From: Pelagibacterales bacterium SAG-MED43 | GTDB lineage: Bacteria; Pseudomonadota; Alphaproteobacteria; Pelagibacterales; Pelagibacteraceae | Assembly (NCBI GenBank): GCA_014653535.1 | Contig: JACWEK010000001.1 | Coordinates: 5,931 to 69,930, forward strand | Length of the DNA stretch: 64,000 bases | Reading direction: 5' to 3' | Part shown: in pieces, positions 10,654-21,284 of the stretch | Position numbering within the stretch: the stretch's first letter is position 1 | Layout: each line of letters starts with the position of its first letter | The notes under the pieces: model-generated | The model's database searches: none | Seen by the model: only the letters and a program-made list of their open reading frames with translations | What the model was told of the DNA's origin: nothing | Made by a program: the position numbers and the translations under genes

Positions 10654-11439
10654 ATGAGTTTAATGAAAGGTAAAAAAGGACTAATCATGGGGGTTGCCAA
10701 TGAAAGATCCATTGCCTGGGGTATTTCACAAAAACTCGCAGAATCTGGTGCAGAGCTTGCATTCACTTATTTAGGTGATGCTTTAAAAAAAAGAGTAGTC
10801 CCTTTAGCAGAAAAATTAAATTCTACTGTTACATTTAGTTGTGATGTTGAAAAAAAAGAGGACGTAATAAAATTATTTGAGGATGTAAAATCTCAGTGGG
10901 GAGAAATTGATTTTGTAGTTCATGCAATTGCATTCTCAGATAAATCAGAATTGTCAGGTGAATATTTAAATACAACCAGAGAAAATTTTTTAAGAAGTAT
11001 GTTAATATCATGTTTTTCATTCACCGAAGTTGCAAAAGAAGCTTCTAAAATAATGAAAGAAGGTGGAAATCTAATCACTTTAAGTTACGAAGCAAACAAA
11101 GCTATTCCAAATTATAACGTGATGGGTGTTTGTAAGGCAGCTTTAGAGTCAAGTGTTAAGTATTTGGCGAGAGACCTAGGGGCAAAAGGTATGAGAGTAA
11201 ATGCTATTAGTGCTGGACCTATAAAAACTTTAGCAGCTTCTGCTATAGGAGATGCAAAATTTTTATATAAATGGAATGAAGACCATTCATTATTAAAAAG
11301 AAACGTTGATATTCATGATGTTGGAAATTCAGCATTATATCTACTAAGTGACCTTGCAAACGGTGTTACTGGTGAAATTCATTACGTAGATGCTGGCTAT
11401 AACAAGGTTGGAATGCCAGATCCTAAAAATATTACATAA
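10654..11439 (+). CDS. fabI: Enoyl-ACP reductase
   Basis: GVANERSIAWGI, YNVMGVCKAALE, ISAGPIKTLA. Confidence 0.96.
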   Translation: MSLMKGKKGLIMGVANERSIAWGISQKLAESGAELAFTYLGDALKKRVVPLAEKLNSTVTFSCDVEKKEDVIKLFEDVKSQWGEIDFVVHAIAFSDKSELSGEYLNTTRENFLRSMLISCFSFTEVAKEASKIMKEGGNLITLSYEANKAIPNYNVMGVCKAALESSVKYLARDLGAKGMRVNAISAGPIKTLAASAIGDAKFLYKWNEDHSLLKRNVDIHDVGNSALYLLSDLANGVTGEIHYVDAGYNKVGMPDPKNIT

Positions 11440-11441
11440 TA

Positions 11442-11466
11442 AGCGGCAGGATTTGAGCCTGCCACT
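11442..11466. terminator. Intrinsic terminator hairpin between convergent fabI and pnp
   Basis: GGCAGG-ATTTGAG-CCTGCC stem-loop, extended by a G-U pair on the minus strand; the only GC-rich element in the 39-bp gap. Confidence 0.7.
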
Positions 11467-11478
11467 ATGTAATTTTGA

Positions 11479-13551
11479 TTATTCTACAGCTTGTTTAATA
11501 GAAAGTTTAACTTTACCTCTATCAAAACCAATTACTTTAACTTTTACTTCATCGCCTTCTTTGACAACATCGGTGACCTTGGCAACTCTTTTACCTGCTA
11601 GTTCTGAAATATGAACAAGTCCATCTTGTTTTCCTAAGAAATTTACAAATGCACCAAATTCCATAATTTTCATTACTTTTCCTGAATAAATTTTATTCAA
11701 TTCAGCTTTTGCGGTGATATCTTTAATCATTTGCATAGCGATGTTTCTAGACTCTTCATCAGGGGCAGCGACTGTTACAACGCCTTCGTCATTCACATCA
11801 AGTTTAGCACCCGATTTTTCAACAATCTCTCTAATTGTTGCACCACCTTTTCCAATTACAGCAGCAATATCTTTTTTATCAACTGTAATCTGTTCCATTT
11901 TTGGAGTATGTTGTCCAACATCAGCTCTCGACTGACTTAAAGCTTTATTCATTTCACCCAAAATATGAATCCTCCCATCTTTAGCTTGATTTAAAGCCTG
12001 CTCCATGATTTCAAATGTAATTCCAGTAATTTTGATATCCATTTGAAGTGAAGTAATTCCATCTTTAGTACCTGCAACTTTAAAGTCCATATCACCTAGA
12101 TGATCTTCATCACCTAAGATATCTGATAAAACGCTAAAATCATCACCTTCTTTAATTAAACCCATTGCAATACCCGCTACAGGTTCTTTAATTGGAACAC
12201 CTGCATCCATCAATGCTAATGAAGCTCCACAAACAGTTGCCATTGATGAAGAGCCATTAGATTCAGTAATCTCAGATACAATTCTAAAGGTATATGGAAA
12301 CACTTCTTTTGTAGGTAAGGACGAATTAATTGCTCTCCATGCTAGTTTTCCATGTCCAATTTCACGTCTCCCAGTTCCAATTCTTCCAGTTTCACCAACT
12401 GAAAAAGGAGGAAAGTTATAGTGAAGCATAAATCTTTCTCTATGTTGTCCGTCTAAACTTTCTAATCGCTGTTCATCGTCTGATGTACCTAAAGTGGTAA
12501 CAACAATTGCTTGTGTTTCACCTCTAGTAAATAGTGCAGAACCATGAGTTCTTGGTAAAACCCCAACTTCACATGAAATAGCCCTTACATCTGATAAACC
12601 TCTACCATCAATTCTATTTTTATTTTTTAGAATATCAGTTCTTACAATAGATTTTTCTAAATTTTTTAATTGACTGTTGACATCAAGATCTGTGTAGTTT
12701 TCGTTTTCTTCATAAAGTTTTTTAGCCTTATCTGTAATTTCTGAAATTTGATTTGATCTATCTTGTTTATCTTTCGTTGCAAAAGCTTTTTTAAGATCAT
12801 CTGTAAAAGTTACTTCAAGTTTTTTCTTAACTTCAGACAAATCTTTTTTCTCAACAGTCCATTCTGGTTTTCTACACTCTTTAGCAAGATCCTCTATCAT
12901 CCCGATTACTGGAACAAAGCCTTCGTGTCCAAACTTGACTGCATTTAACATTTCCTCTTCCGTTAAACCATTTGCTTCAGACTCAACCATTAGAACAGCA
13001 TCTTTTGTACCTGCTACGACTAAATCTAAACTGGAGTTCTCTAGTTCAGTTTTTGACGGGTTTAGAATGTAATTTCCGTCAACAAAACCTACTCTAGATG
13101 CACCGACAGGACCCATAAAAGGCATTCCCGAAATTGCTAACGCTGCTGAAGAAGCAATAATTGCCAAAATATCTGGTTGGTTTTCTTTGTCGTATGAAAT
13201 CACAGTTGGTAATAACTGTACTTCATTTTTAAATTCATCAGGAAACAGAGGTCTGATTGGTCTATCAATTAATCTTGAGATTAATGTTTCACTTTCAGTT
13301 GGTCTAGCTTCTCTTTTAAAATATCCACCAGGTATTTTTCCACCTGCATAATATTTTTCCTGGTAGTTTACAGATAATGGAAAGTAATCCATATCTGGAT
13401 TAATTTTCTTTGCTCCCACTACTGTTGCTAAAATAACTGTCTCACCAGATGTTGCTATGATTGCTCCGTCTGCCTGTCTTGCTACTTTACCTGTTTCTAA
13501 ACTTATCTTTTTACCTGCTACTTCTATTTCCTTCTTATATACTTTAAACAT
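11479..13551 (-). CDS. pnp: Polyribonucleotide nucleotidyltransferase
   Basis: [42 protein letters not shown] and S1 domains; start placed at [10 protein letters not shown] (ORF track extends to 13572). Confidence 0.97.
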   Translation of the reverse strand: MFKVYKKEIEVAGKKISLETGKVARQADGAIIATSGETVILATVVGAKKINPDMDYFPLSVNYQEKYYAGGKIPGGYFKREARPTESETLISRLIDRPIRPLFPDEFKNEVQLLPTVISYDKENQPDILAIIASSAALAISGMPFMGPVGASRVGFVDGNYILNPSKTELENSSLDLVVAGTKDAVLMVESEANGLTEEEMLNAVKFGHEGFVPVIGMIEDLAKECRKPEWTVEKKDLSEVKKKLEVTFTDDLKKAFATKDKQDRSNQISEITDKAKKLYEENENYTDLDVNSQLKNLEKSIVRTDILKNKNRIDGRGLSDVRAISCEVGVLPRTHGSALFTRGETQAIVVTTLGTSDDEQRLESLDGQHRERFMLHYNFPPFSVGETGRIGTGRREIGHGKLAWRAINSSLPTKEVFPYTFRIVSEITESNGSSSMATVCGASLALMDAGVPIKEPVAGIAMGLIKEGDDFSVLSDILGDEDHLGDMDFKVAGTKDGITSLQMDIKITGITFEIMEQALNQAKDGRIHILGEMNKALSQSRADVGQHTPKMEQITVDKKDIAAVIGKGGATIREIVEKSGAKLDVNDEGVVTVAAPDEESRNIAMQMIKDITAKAELNKIYSGKVMKIMEFGAFVNFLGKQDGLVHISELAGKRVAKVTDVVKEGDEVKVKVIGFDRGKVKLSIKQAVE

Positions 13552-13556
13552 TTCAT

Positions 13557-13583
13557 TTCCATTTCGTTTCATTCCATTTCGTT
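13557..13583. repeat. Tandem 12-bp direct repeat in the pnp leader
   Basis: TTCCATTTCGTT at 13557-13568 and 13572-13583 (AACGAAATGGAA on the coding strand). Confidence 0.8.
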
Positions 13584-13599
13584 CTATCTAACTTGATCT

Positions 13600-13848
13600 T
13601 TATTTTCTTAAATTCAATTTCGACAGTACATTTTTGTAAGAGTCCATTTTATTTTTTCTTAAATACTCTAACAATTTCTTTCTTTTATTTACCGCTCTTA
13701 ACAATCCAACTGAAGAATGTTTATCTTTTTTGAATTGTTTAATGTGTTTTGAGAGAGTTTCAATCTTCTCTGTTAGCAATGCAATCTGGATTTCTGAAGA
13801 TCCTGTGTCTTTATCATGAATTGCTAGTTCTTTTGCCCTACTGTTCAT
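13600..13848 (-). CDS. rpsO: 30S ribosomal protein S15
   Basis: DTGSSEIQIALLT, KDKHSSVGL, KRKKLLEYL; upstream of pnp. Confidence 0.95.
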   Translation of the reverse strand: MNSRAKELAIHDKDTGSSEIQIALLTEKIETLSKHIKQFKKDKHSSVGLLRAVNKRKKLLEYLRKNKMDSYKNVLSKLNLRK

Positions 13849-13859
13849 ACTTTTTTTCC

Positions 13860-14228
13860 TTATTTATTTGTTTGTTTAATTAAATTTTCTATTTTTTCTG
13901 CATACTCAAATGACTCATCTTTTTTAAACAGTAATTTTGGCAAAAATTTCATAAATACTTTTTTAGATAAAATTTTTCTTATTAAAAAAGAATAATCTTT
14001 CAATTGTTTAATTACTTCGTCAGCATTTTTTCCACCTAATGGCATCACATAAGCTTTAGCAATTTTAAGATCTTGGCTCATTTTTACTTCAGTAACTGTA
14101 ATTATATTGGTCTCTAAGTTAGGCACTTTTGCCTCATTTTTAATAAAAATCATGCTTAAAGATTGTTTTATCATTTCACCAACTCTTAATTGTCTTTGTG
14201 AAATTGGTTTTCCTATCCTATCAGCCAT
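13860..14228 (-). CDS. rbfA: Ribosome-binding factor A
   Basis: SQRQLRVGE, TVTEVKMSQDLKIAK, PKLLFKKDESF; follows infB. Confidence 0.94.
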   Translation of the reverse strand: MADRIGKPISQRQLRVGEMIKQSLSMIFIKNEAKVPNLETNIITVTEVKMSQDLKIAKAYVMPLGGKNADEVIKQLKDYSFLIRKILSKKVFMKFLPKLLFKKDESFEYAEKIENLIKQTNK

Positions 14229-16453
14229 TATATTGTTCTTTCTTTAGAAATAACATTAAATGCCTCTATTGTGTCATCTTTTTGAAAATCCATATAGTCT
14301 TTTACTGTAATTCCACATTCCTGACCATTACTTACCTGTTTCACTTGATTTTTCTCTCTAAACAAAGTGCCTACTTTTCCAGTATATATAATTCCTCCAT
14401 CTCTGATCAATCTTACATCTGAAGTACTATTGATCTCACCCTCTATAATCTTGCATCCTGCTACTTTTCCAGCACCTGATACTTTAAAAATTTCTAAAAT
14501 TTGTGCTGTACCTGTTATTGTTTCTTGAACATCAGGTGAAAGAAGACCAGACATTCTTAGTTTAATATAGTCTAAAACTTCATAAATAATATTATATGAT
14601 GAAATTTTGATATTTTCATTTTCTGCAAGTTTTTTAGCTTCTTTGCTTGGTTTTACATTAAAAGCTATTAGCACAGCATTAGAAGCTTTAGCTAAAGTTA
14701 CATCTGTTTCTGTGACCATTCCAATATCCGCTAAAATAATTTTTGGTTTTACTTCATCATGTTTAATTTGACTAATTGCACTTTTAATTGCCTCTGATGA
14801 TCCATGAACATCTGATTTTATAATTAAATTTAATTCTTCTGTCGATTTATCTGAAAAAGCAGAATCTTGAGTTGCAAATGATAATGGATTTTTTCCTTCT
14901 TTTGCCTCTTGTGCTCTATTTTCACTTAAAGTTTTAGCTTCTTTTTCATTATCTAAAACAATAAAATCATCACCAGCTTTTGCAGCACCATTAATACCTA
15001 AAATTTCTACTGGTGATGAAGGAGGAGCATCGCTGATACTTTTTCCTTTATCGTTTATTATTGCCCTAATTTTTCCCCATCTTAATCCACTTACAAAAAA
15101 ATCACCTTTTTTAAGTGTACCAGTTGTAACAATTATAGTTGCTACAGGGCCTCTACCAATATCAATTTTAGATTCTAAAACAACTCCTGTAGCTTTTGAA
15201 TCAAAATCAGTTTTTAAATCTAAAATTTCTGCTTGAAGCAATATGGCCTCAACTAGTTTATCTAAATTTAATTTGGTTTTCGCAGAAATTTCAACTATTA
15301 ATGTCTCTCCAGACAAATCTTCTGCTATTAATTCATATTCAAGTAGTTGATTTTTAATTTTTTGTGGATCCGCCTCAGGCAAGTCACATTTATTTATTGC
15401 AACTACTATAGGAACTTTTGCAGCTTTAGCATGTTTAATTGACTCTACTGTTTGTGGTTTGACTCCATCATCAGCAGCAACTACTAAAACTACAACATCT
15501 GTTAATTTAGATCCTCTTGCTCTCATCTCTGTAAAGGCTGCGTGACCTGGTGTATCAATAAAAGTTAGTTTATTAGACTGACTTTCAATTTGATAAGCAC
15601 CAATATGTTGAGTAATTCCACCAAATTCACCAGAGACCACATTAGCACTTCTTAGCACGTCAAGAACTGAAGTTTTCCCATGATCAACATGTCCCATTAC
15701 TGTTACTATTGGAGGTCTATTTTTTAAATTTTCAACTCTAGTAGCTTTTATTTTTTGAATTATTTCTTCAACTTTTTCTTCACGAATAGGGTTGTGTCCA
15801 AATTCTTTAACTAAAAATTCAGCTGTATCTGCTGCTAGTGTTTGATTAATTGTAACTGTAACGCCCATTCCAAAAAGATATTTAATTACATTACTTGATT
15901 GCTCTGCCATCCTATTTGCAAGTTCTCTTACTGTGATAGCCTCTGGTATATTAATATCTCTTTTTACAGGTTTTAAACTTTCTTTATTATCATCTTTGAT
16001 TAAATTTTTTTGTTCTTTTTCTCTTGCTCTTTTGACTGATGCTAAACTTCTTTCTCTAGCCTCAATTTCATCGCTTAATGCTCTTGATACTGTTAATTTA
16101 GTCTCTCTTTTTTTTGTTCCCAGTCTAAGTTTTTTACTATCATTATCTCCTTTTAATCTTTTTGTTGCTCTTTGCTCAGCAAGTTTTCTTCTTTCAAAAT
16201 CATTTGTTGTTGATGGTGTTTTGGCTCCAAAAGTTGGTTTTAAAGGCGCTCCACGATTAAATGATGAATTAGGTTTTGATCTTGTATTTGTTCTCATTCC
16301 TGAAGTTCGAAAAGAACTTCCTTTTTTAATTAAATTACTTTTTTGTTTTTCGATTAAAACTGAATTTTTTCCCTGAGTTTTAGCAATCTCAATATTTTTG
16401 ATTGATTTTTTGGTTGAACCAGAAATTGTTAATTTTGTTTTTTTGTTTTCCAT
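14228..16453 (-). CDS. infB: Translation initiation factor IF-2
   Basis: RPPIVTVMGHVDHGKTS, GGITQHIGAY, DTPGHAAF, NKCD. Confidence 0.98.
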   Translation of the reverse strand: MENKKTKLTISGSTKKSIKNIEIAKTQGKNSVLIEKQKSNLIKKGSSFRTSGMRTNTRSKPNSSFNRGAPLKPTFGAKTPSTTNDFERRKLAEQRATKRLKGDNDSKKLRLGTKKRETKLTVSRALSDEIEARERSLASVKRAREKEQKNLIKDDNKESLKPVKRDINIPEAITVRELANRMAEQSSNVIKYLFGMGVTVTINQTLAADTAEFLVKEFGHNPIREEKVEEIIQKIKATRVENLKNRPPIVTVMGHVDHGKTSVLDVLRSANVVSGEFGGITQHIGAYQIESQSNKLTFIDTPGHAAFTEMRARGSKLTDVVVLVVAADDGVKPQTVESIKHAKAAKVPIVVAINKCDLPEADPQKIKNQLLEYELIAEDLSGETLIVEISAKTKLNLDKLVEAILLQAEILDLKTDFDSKATGVVLESKIDIGRGPVATIIVTTGTLKKGDFFVSGLRWGKIRAIINDKGKSISDAPPSSPVEILGINGAAKAGDDFIVLDNEKEAKTLSENRAQEAKEGKNPLSFATQDSAFSDKSTEELNLIIKSDVHGSSEAIKSAISQIKHDEVKPKIILADIGMVTETDVTLAKASNAVLIAFNVKPSKEAKKLAENENIKISSYNIIYEVLDYIKLRMSGLLSPDVQETITGTAQILEIFKVSGAGKVAGCKIIEGEINSTSDVRLIRDGGIIYTGKVGTLFREKNQVKQVSNGQECGITVKDYMDFQKDDTIEAFNVISKERTI

Positions 16454-16463
16454 AACTCATCAC

Positions 16464-18017
16464 TCAATCTTTATAAACAATATTTCTTGCAGACATAATT
16501 AATTCATCTGCTTCATCTTTTGATAGAGCAAAATCCTCTAAATAGCCTTGAATTTTCACTCTTTCACCTTTTACAACATCGTATCCACCAGTTAATTCAT
16601 CTGACGCTAAATCAGCAAAATCCTCTAAAGTTAGAATTTTTTGTTCTCCCAAAGTAACTAACATTCCCGGTGTTAAACCTTTTAAATTTATTAAAGTCTC
16701 TTCAAGTCCAAGATCTTTAATTCTTTGAGATATATCTTCTTGATCTTTTTCATGAAATTCTTTTGCTCTTTCAATTAATGCCTTTGCAGTATCTTCTTCT
16801 ATGCCCTCTATTTTCATTAGATTATCAGCATTACTATCTTTAATATCATCGATTGTTGAAAAACCCTCTGCAACTAATAATTGACCTAATGTTTCATCAA
16901 GCTCTAAATTTTTAACAAAATTCTCTGTTTTTTCTTTAAATTCTGACTGTCTTCTCTCAGAGTCTTCAGCATCAGTCATTATGTTAATCTCATAATTTAA
17001 TAACTTAGTTGCCAATCTTACGTTTTGACCTCTTCTTCCAATTGCTTTACTTAAATTTTCTTCAGTAAGAATTACATCTAATTTTTTTCTTTCTGAGTCT
17101 ACGTTTACTCTTTGAACTTCAGCAGGGGACAAAGCATTTGAAACTAATATAGCAGGATCTTCTGACCAATTTACAATATCTATTTTTTCACCTTGAAGTT
17201 CATTTACTACTGCTTGTACTCTAGACCCTCTCATACCAACACAAGCTCCAACAGGATCAAGTGATGTATCAACAGCTTTAACACAAATTTTTGCCCTACT
17301 TCCTGGATCCCTCGATGAAGATTTAATTTCAATTAAACCATCATAAATTTCTGGCACTTCTTGAACAAATAATTTTTCCATAAATTTAGGATGAGCTCTT
17401 GATAGAAATATTTGTTGACCTCTAGGTTCTCTTCTAACATCGTTACAAAATGCTTTAACCCTATCTCCGGCTTTAATATTTTCTCTTGGAATCATTTCGT
17501 TCTTTTGAATTATCGCTTCAGTTCTTCCTAAATCAACAATTACATTTCCAAATTCTAATCTTTTAACAATACCACTTAAGATTGTTTCTTTTTTATCAAT
17601 AAAGTCATTAAACTGTCTTTCTCTTTCAGCCTCTCTTACATTAGTACTAATCACTTGTTTAGCAGTTTGGGCTGCTATTCTTCCAAAATCAAAAGACGGA
17701 AGTGGTTGTAAAACCTCATCTCCAACTTTTTTTTCTTTATTAGTTTCGTTAAGTGTTATTGCATCTTCAAGTTTAATTTCTGTATTGGCATTCTCAGGAT
17801 TTTCAGAGATTACTAGTTTTCTAAAAAGTTCAATATCACCATTTTCTCTGTTGATTAAAACTTTAATTTCATTGTCTTGTCCAAATTTTGATTTCGCTGC
17901 TTTAGCAATTCCAGTTTCCATTGAACTAATTATTAGCTCTTTATCAATAGATTTTTCTAAAGCTACAGCTTCTGCAATTCTCAAAAGTTCTAATTTATCT
18001 GCTCTTTTATTTAACAT
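16464..18017 (-). CDS. nusA: Transcription termination/antitermination factor NusA
   Basis: FGRIAAQTAKQVI, S1 and KH domains, DPVGACVGMRGSRV, AIGRRGQNVRLA, acidic C-terminal repeats. Confidence 0.97.
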   Translation of the reverse strand: MLNKRADKLELLRIAEAVALEKSIDKELIISSMETGIAKAAKSKFGQDNEIKVLINRENGDIELFRKLVISENPENANTEIKLEDAITLNETNKEKKVGDEVLQPLPSFDFGRIAAQTAKQVISTNVREAERERQFNDFIDKKETILSGIVKRLEFGNVIVDLGRTEAIIQKNEMIPRENIKAGDRVKAFCNDVRREPRGQQIFLSRAHPKFMEKLFVQEVPEIYDGLIEIKSSSRDPGSRAKICVKAVDTSLDPVGACVGMRGSRVQAVVNELQGEKIDIVNWSEDPAILVSNALSPAEVQRVNVDSERKKLDVILTEENLSKAIGRRGQNVRLATKLLNYEINIMTDAEDSERRQSEFKEKTENFVKNLELDETLGQLLVAEGFSTIDDIKDSNADNLMKIEGIEEDTAKALIERAKEFHEKDQEDISQRIKDLGLEETLINLKGLTPGMLVTLGEQKILTLEDFADLASDELTGGYDVVKGERVKIQGYLEDFALSKDEADELIMSARNIVYKD

Positions 18018-18033
18018 GTTTTTTGTTTACTCC

Positions 18034-18060
18034 AAAAAAAAATGGGCTAAAGCCCATTTT
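18034..18060 (-). terminator. Terminator/attenuator hairpin in the nusA leader (rimP-leader-like)
   Basis: Minus strand AAAATGGGCT-TT-AGCCCATTTT continuing into a 9-T run, immediately before the GGAG ribosome-binding site. Confidence 0.75.
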
Positions 18061-18082
18061 GTAATTTCAATAATGTAAAGGC

Positions 18083-18110
18083 AATATATTAAAGTTTTTT
18101 TTTAATTCAA
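18083..18110 (-). promoter_or_regulatory. Putative sigma70 promoter for nusA
   Basis: TTGAAT-N16-TATATT on the minus strand, upstream of the hairpin. Confidence 0.45.
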
Positions 18111-18116
18111 TAAAAA

Positions 18117-19286
18117 CTATTTTAAAAAAACCTTAGTTTTATCAGTATTTTCCCAAGAAAAGGCTCCGTCACTTTCCGGTGTTCTTCCAAAATGACCATA
18201 AGCTGCTGTCTTTTCATAAATTGGTTTATTAAGATTTAACATTTCTCTTATCCCTCTAGGGCTTAAGTCAAAGTTTTCTCTAATCTTTTTCTCAACAAAT
18301 TTATTTTTTTCTAAATCATCATCAAATAAGTTTACATAAATTGAAAGTGGTTTTGAAACACCAATTGCATAAGCCAGTTGAATTAAACATTTATCAGTAA
18401 TTTTTGATGCAACAATATTTTTAGCTATATATCTTGAGGCATAAGCTGCTGATCTATCAACTTTAGTAGGGTCTTTTCCTGAAAATGCTCCTCCTCCATG
18501 AGGGGCAGCTCCACCATATGTATCAACAATAATTTTTCTTCCTGTCAATCCACAATCACCATCAGGTCCACCTATAACAAAATTTCCTGTGGGGTTAACA
18601 TAAAATTCATCTTCATTAAATCCATCTAAAAAGTTTTTTGGGATTGAATTTAACATATAAGGTCTAAGTAGTTCTCTAACTTTAGCTTGATCAACATCAG
18701 CTGAATGCTGTGAAGATATGACAACAGATTTTACTTTTTTGGGTTTTCCATTTTCATATTCAAATGTCACTTGGCTTTTAGAGTCCGGTTCTATATTTTT
18801 TAATTTTCCTGATTTTCTATCTTCTGCCATTAACCTTAAAATTTTATGTGAATAATAAATGGGTGCTGGCATTAGTTCATCTGTTTCATTACATGCATAT
18901 CCAAACATAATTCCTTGATCTCCTGCTCCTTCATCTTTATTACTTGAAGAATCTACGCCCATTGCAATATCAGACGATTGAGAATGTAAATAACTTTCTA
19001 TTTTTGTTGCTTCTTTCCAGGTAAAACCTTCCTGGTCATAACCAATATCTTTAATACAAGTTCTTACTTTTTGAACTAATTCATCTTTTTTTATTTCAGG
19101 GCCTCTAACTTCACCAGCAAGAACAACTTTGTTTGTTGTCGTTAATGTTTCACAAGCCACCCTTGAAAAAGGATCATTTGATAAGTAGCTATCTACAACC
19201 ATATCAGAAATTCTGTCAGAAACTTTATCAGGATGCCCTTCAGAAACTGACTCGCTAGTGAATAAAAAATTTTTTAAATTACTCAT
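18117..19286 (-). CDS. metK: S-adenosylmethionine synthetase
   Basis: [28 protein letters not shown]. Confidence 0.98.
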   Translation of the reverse strand: MSNLKNFLFTSESVSEGHPDKVSDRISDMVVDSYLSNDPFSRVACETLTTTNKVVLAGEVRGPEIKKDELVQKVRTCIKDIGYDQEGFTWKEATKIESYLHSQSSDIAMGVDSSSNKDEGAGDQGIMFGYACNETDELMPAPIYYSHKILRLMAEDRKSGKLKNIEPDSKSQVTFEYENGKPKKVKSVVISSQHSADVDQAKVRELLRPYMLNSIPKNFLDGFNEDEFYVNPTGNFVIGGPDGDCGLTGRKIIVDTYGGAAPHGGGAFSGKDPTKVDRSAAYASRYIAKNIVASKITDKCLIQLAYAIGVSKPLSIYVNLFDDDLEKNKFVEKKIRENFDLSPRGIREMLNLNKPIYEKTAAYGHFGRTPESDGAFSWENTDKTKVFLK

Positions 19287-20821
19287 TAAGAAATTCTATT
19301 AAATGAAAATATCAAAAAAATATATAACAAAATGATAGTCAAAAACATTTTATTCCCATATTTTGAAAATACTGTTTCATTAAAAACTCTTGTTTCAAAA
19401 AAATCTATATAACCAGATTGACCAAATTCAATTTTATTTTCAATTATGCCTATAGGATTGATTATAGCAGAAATTCCGTTATTAGCAGATCTTAACAAAT
19501 ATTTTCCACTCTCGATCGACCTAAACACGCTATGCACAAAATGTTGATGTGGTCCAATAGAGTCACCAAACCATCCGTCTTCTGAAACATTTATTATAAA
19601 ATCAAAATTGGATTCTTTAAAAATTTTACCTGAGTAAATTATTTCATAACAAATTAATGGTAATAATTTTATATCAAATTCTCCTTTACTAATTATTATT
19701 ATCTCTCTATTTTTTCCATTACTGAATGACTGATAATTATTAGTTAGAGATTTTAAGCCTATTTTTGTTAAAATTTTTTCAAAAGGCAAAAATTCACCAA
19801 AAGGAACTAATTTTACTTTTTTATAATCAGTAATAAGATTAAGTTCATGATCATAAATTGAAAGGGTATTAAAATATTTATTTTCATTTTTATATTTTTG
19901 TAGACTATTTATTCCAATTACTAATAAATGATTTTTTTCAAACTTCTTATTAAATAAAAATTTAAAATTTTTTATCTCTGATTGATTAATGTTTGGTATT
20001 ACTCCCTCAGGCCATATAAAAATTGTTTTGGTATCTGGTTTAGGTTCACTTAAGTTAATCAATTCATTAATAACTTCAGTTGTGTCAGATTTTCCATAAA
20101 ATCTCTCCAAATCTATTTTTGAACCAACTATTCTTATTGTGTAGTCGTTAGTAATAGTATTTGATAATTGAAAAGATTTTATTTTAGATGAACCAATAAA
20201 GAATAAAATAATTGGTGATAGTAACAAAAATATACCTATAAAAACCTCTTTTCTATTTTCTCTTAAAATAAAAATCGCTGGGCTGCTAAAAAGCGATATA
20301 CATAAAACATTAAAACTATAAGTCCCTATAAAAGATATAATTTGTAATATTTCAAGATTTTCAGAAAAACTATATGCAATTAAATTCCATGGAAAACCAG
20401 TTAAAATATTTCCTCTTAAAAATTCTGCCAAACCTAATAAAAGTGAAAATAAAAATAAATTACTAACAGGTTTTTTAATTTTAATTAAAAAAAAACAATA
20501 AGTTGCTAAACCATAAAAAAGTCCAAGAAATAAAGGAATCAAAACTAGAGCTAAAGGTATTAGATAATTAAAATTTTTATCAAATGTTAAAGAAATTGTA
20601 ATCCAATATAAGTTGGATAGAAAATATCCAAACCCAAACAACCAGCCATAAACGAAAGGATACTGTATTTTAACTGATTTCTTTTTCTGGAATATAAAAA
20701 CAAAAAATAGACCTATTGTAACAAAATTAACAAATAAATAATTATAGGGTGGCAAACTCAAAGATGTAAAAGCGCCAAGAAAAATTAAAAATAAGAATTC
20801 TAAATAATTTTTTTTTTTCAA
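19286..20821 (-). CDS. lnt: Apolipoprotein N-acyltransferase
   Basis: Multi-TM N-terminus, [27 protein letters not shown] (nitrilase E-K-C triad); TTG start. Confidence 0.94.
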   Translation of the reverse strand: MKKKNYLEFLFLIFLGAFTSLSLPPYNYLFVNFVTIGLFFVFIFQKKKSVKIQYPFVYGWLFGFGYFLSNLYWITISLTFDKNFNYLIPLALVLIPLFLGLFYGLATYCFFLIKIKKPVSNLFLFSLLLGLAEFLRGNILTGFPWNLIAYSFSENLEILQIISFIGTYSFNVLCISLFSSPAIFILRENRKEVFIGIFLLLSPIILFFIGSSKIKSFQLSNTITNDYTIRIVGSKIDLERFYGKSDTTEVINELINLSEPKPDTKTIFIWPEGVIPNINQSEIKNFKFLFNKKFEKNHLLVIGINSLQKYKNENKYFNTLSIYDHELNLITDYKKVKLVPFGEFLPFEKILTKIGLKSLTNNYQSFSNGKNREIIIISKGEFDIKLLPLICYEIIYSGKIFKESNFDFIINVSEDGWFGDSIGPHQHFVHSVFRSIESGKYLLRSANNGISAIINPIGIIENKIEFGQSGYIDFFETRVFNETVFSKYGNKMFLTIILLYIFLIFSFNRIS

Positions 20822-20822
20822 T

Positions 20823-21284
20823 TTAATTAATTTTTTTAATTACTGACTGATAAATATTTTGTTCTTCTTTAAACATTTTCTTGTAATCGCGAAGTTTAAT
20901 ATGATCAAAACTTAATAAATGCAAAAATCCATGAATAAATGTTTTAATAACCTTATCTTTAAATAATTTAATTTTTTGGTTTTTAGGCTTATCCATGAAG
21001 TTATAGCTAATTACAATATCGCCTAAGTATGATTTATTTTTTATTTTAATTTTTTTCTCTGATGGAAAAGACAAGATATCAGTTGGCTTATCTTTATTTC
21101 TAAATCTTTTATTTAATCTTTTAATATTCTTATTATTGGATAATAATAACGTAAAAGATATCTTTTTATTTATAAACTTATATTTTTTTGGAAAATATTT
21201 ACAAATAGAAGTAAAAAAAACATCAATTTTTTTTATCTTTTTTGACCAATTTTTCTCTTCAGAAACAACCTCAATACTAATCAT
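20823..21284 (-). CDS. ybeY: rRNA maturation endoribonuclease YbeY
   Basis: KDKPTDILSFP, LGDIVIS, HGFLHLLSFDH zinc motif; start placed at MISIEVV (ORF track extends to 21308). Confidence 0.93.
   Translation of the reverse strand: MISIEVVSEEKNWSKKIKKIDVFFTSICKYFPKKYKFINKKISFTLLLSNNKNIKRLNKRFRNKDKPTDILSFPSEKKIKIKNKSYLGDIVISYNFMDKPKNQKIKLFKDKVIKTFIHGFLHLLSFDHIKLRDYKKMFKEEQNIYQSVIKKIN

Noticed and set aside
11442-11466. Minus-strand GGCAGGCTCAAATCCTGCC resembles a tRNA T-arm (possible tRNA remnant or att site)
   Set aside because: The loop lacks the invariant TTC, there is no room for a cloverleaf in a 39-bp gap and no integrase nearby; better explained as a terminator
19280-19300. Possible SAM riboswitch upstream of metK
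   Set aside because: The metK start overlaps the lnt stop codon, leaving no non-coding leader, and no riboswitch-like sequence is visible
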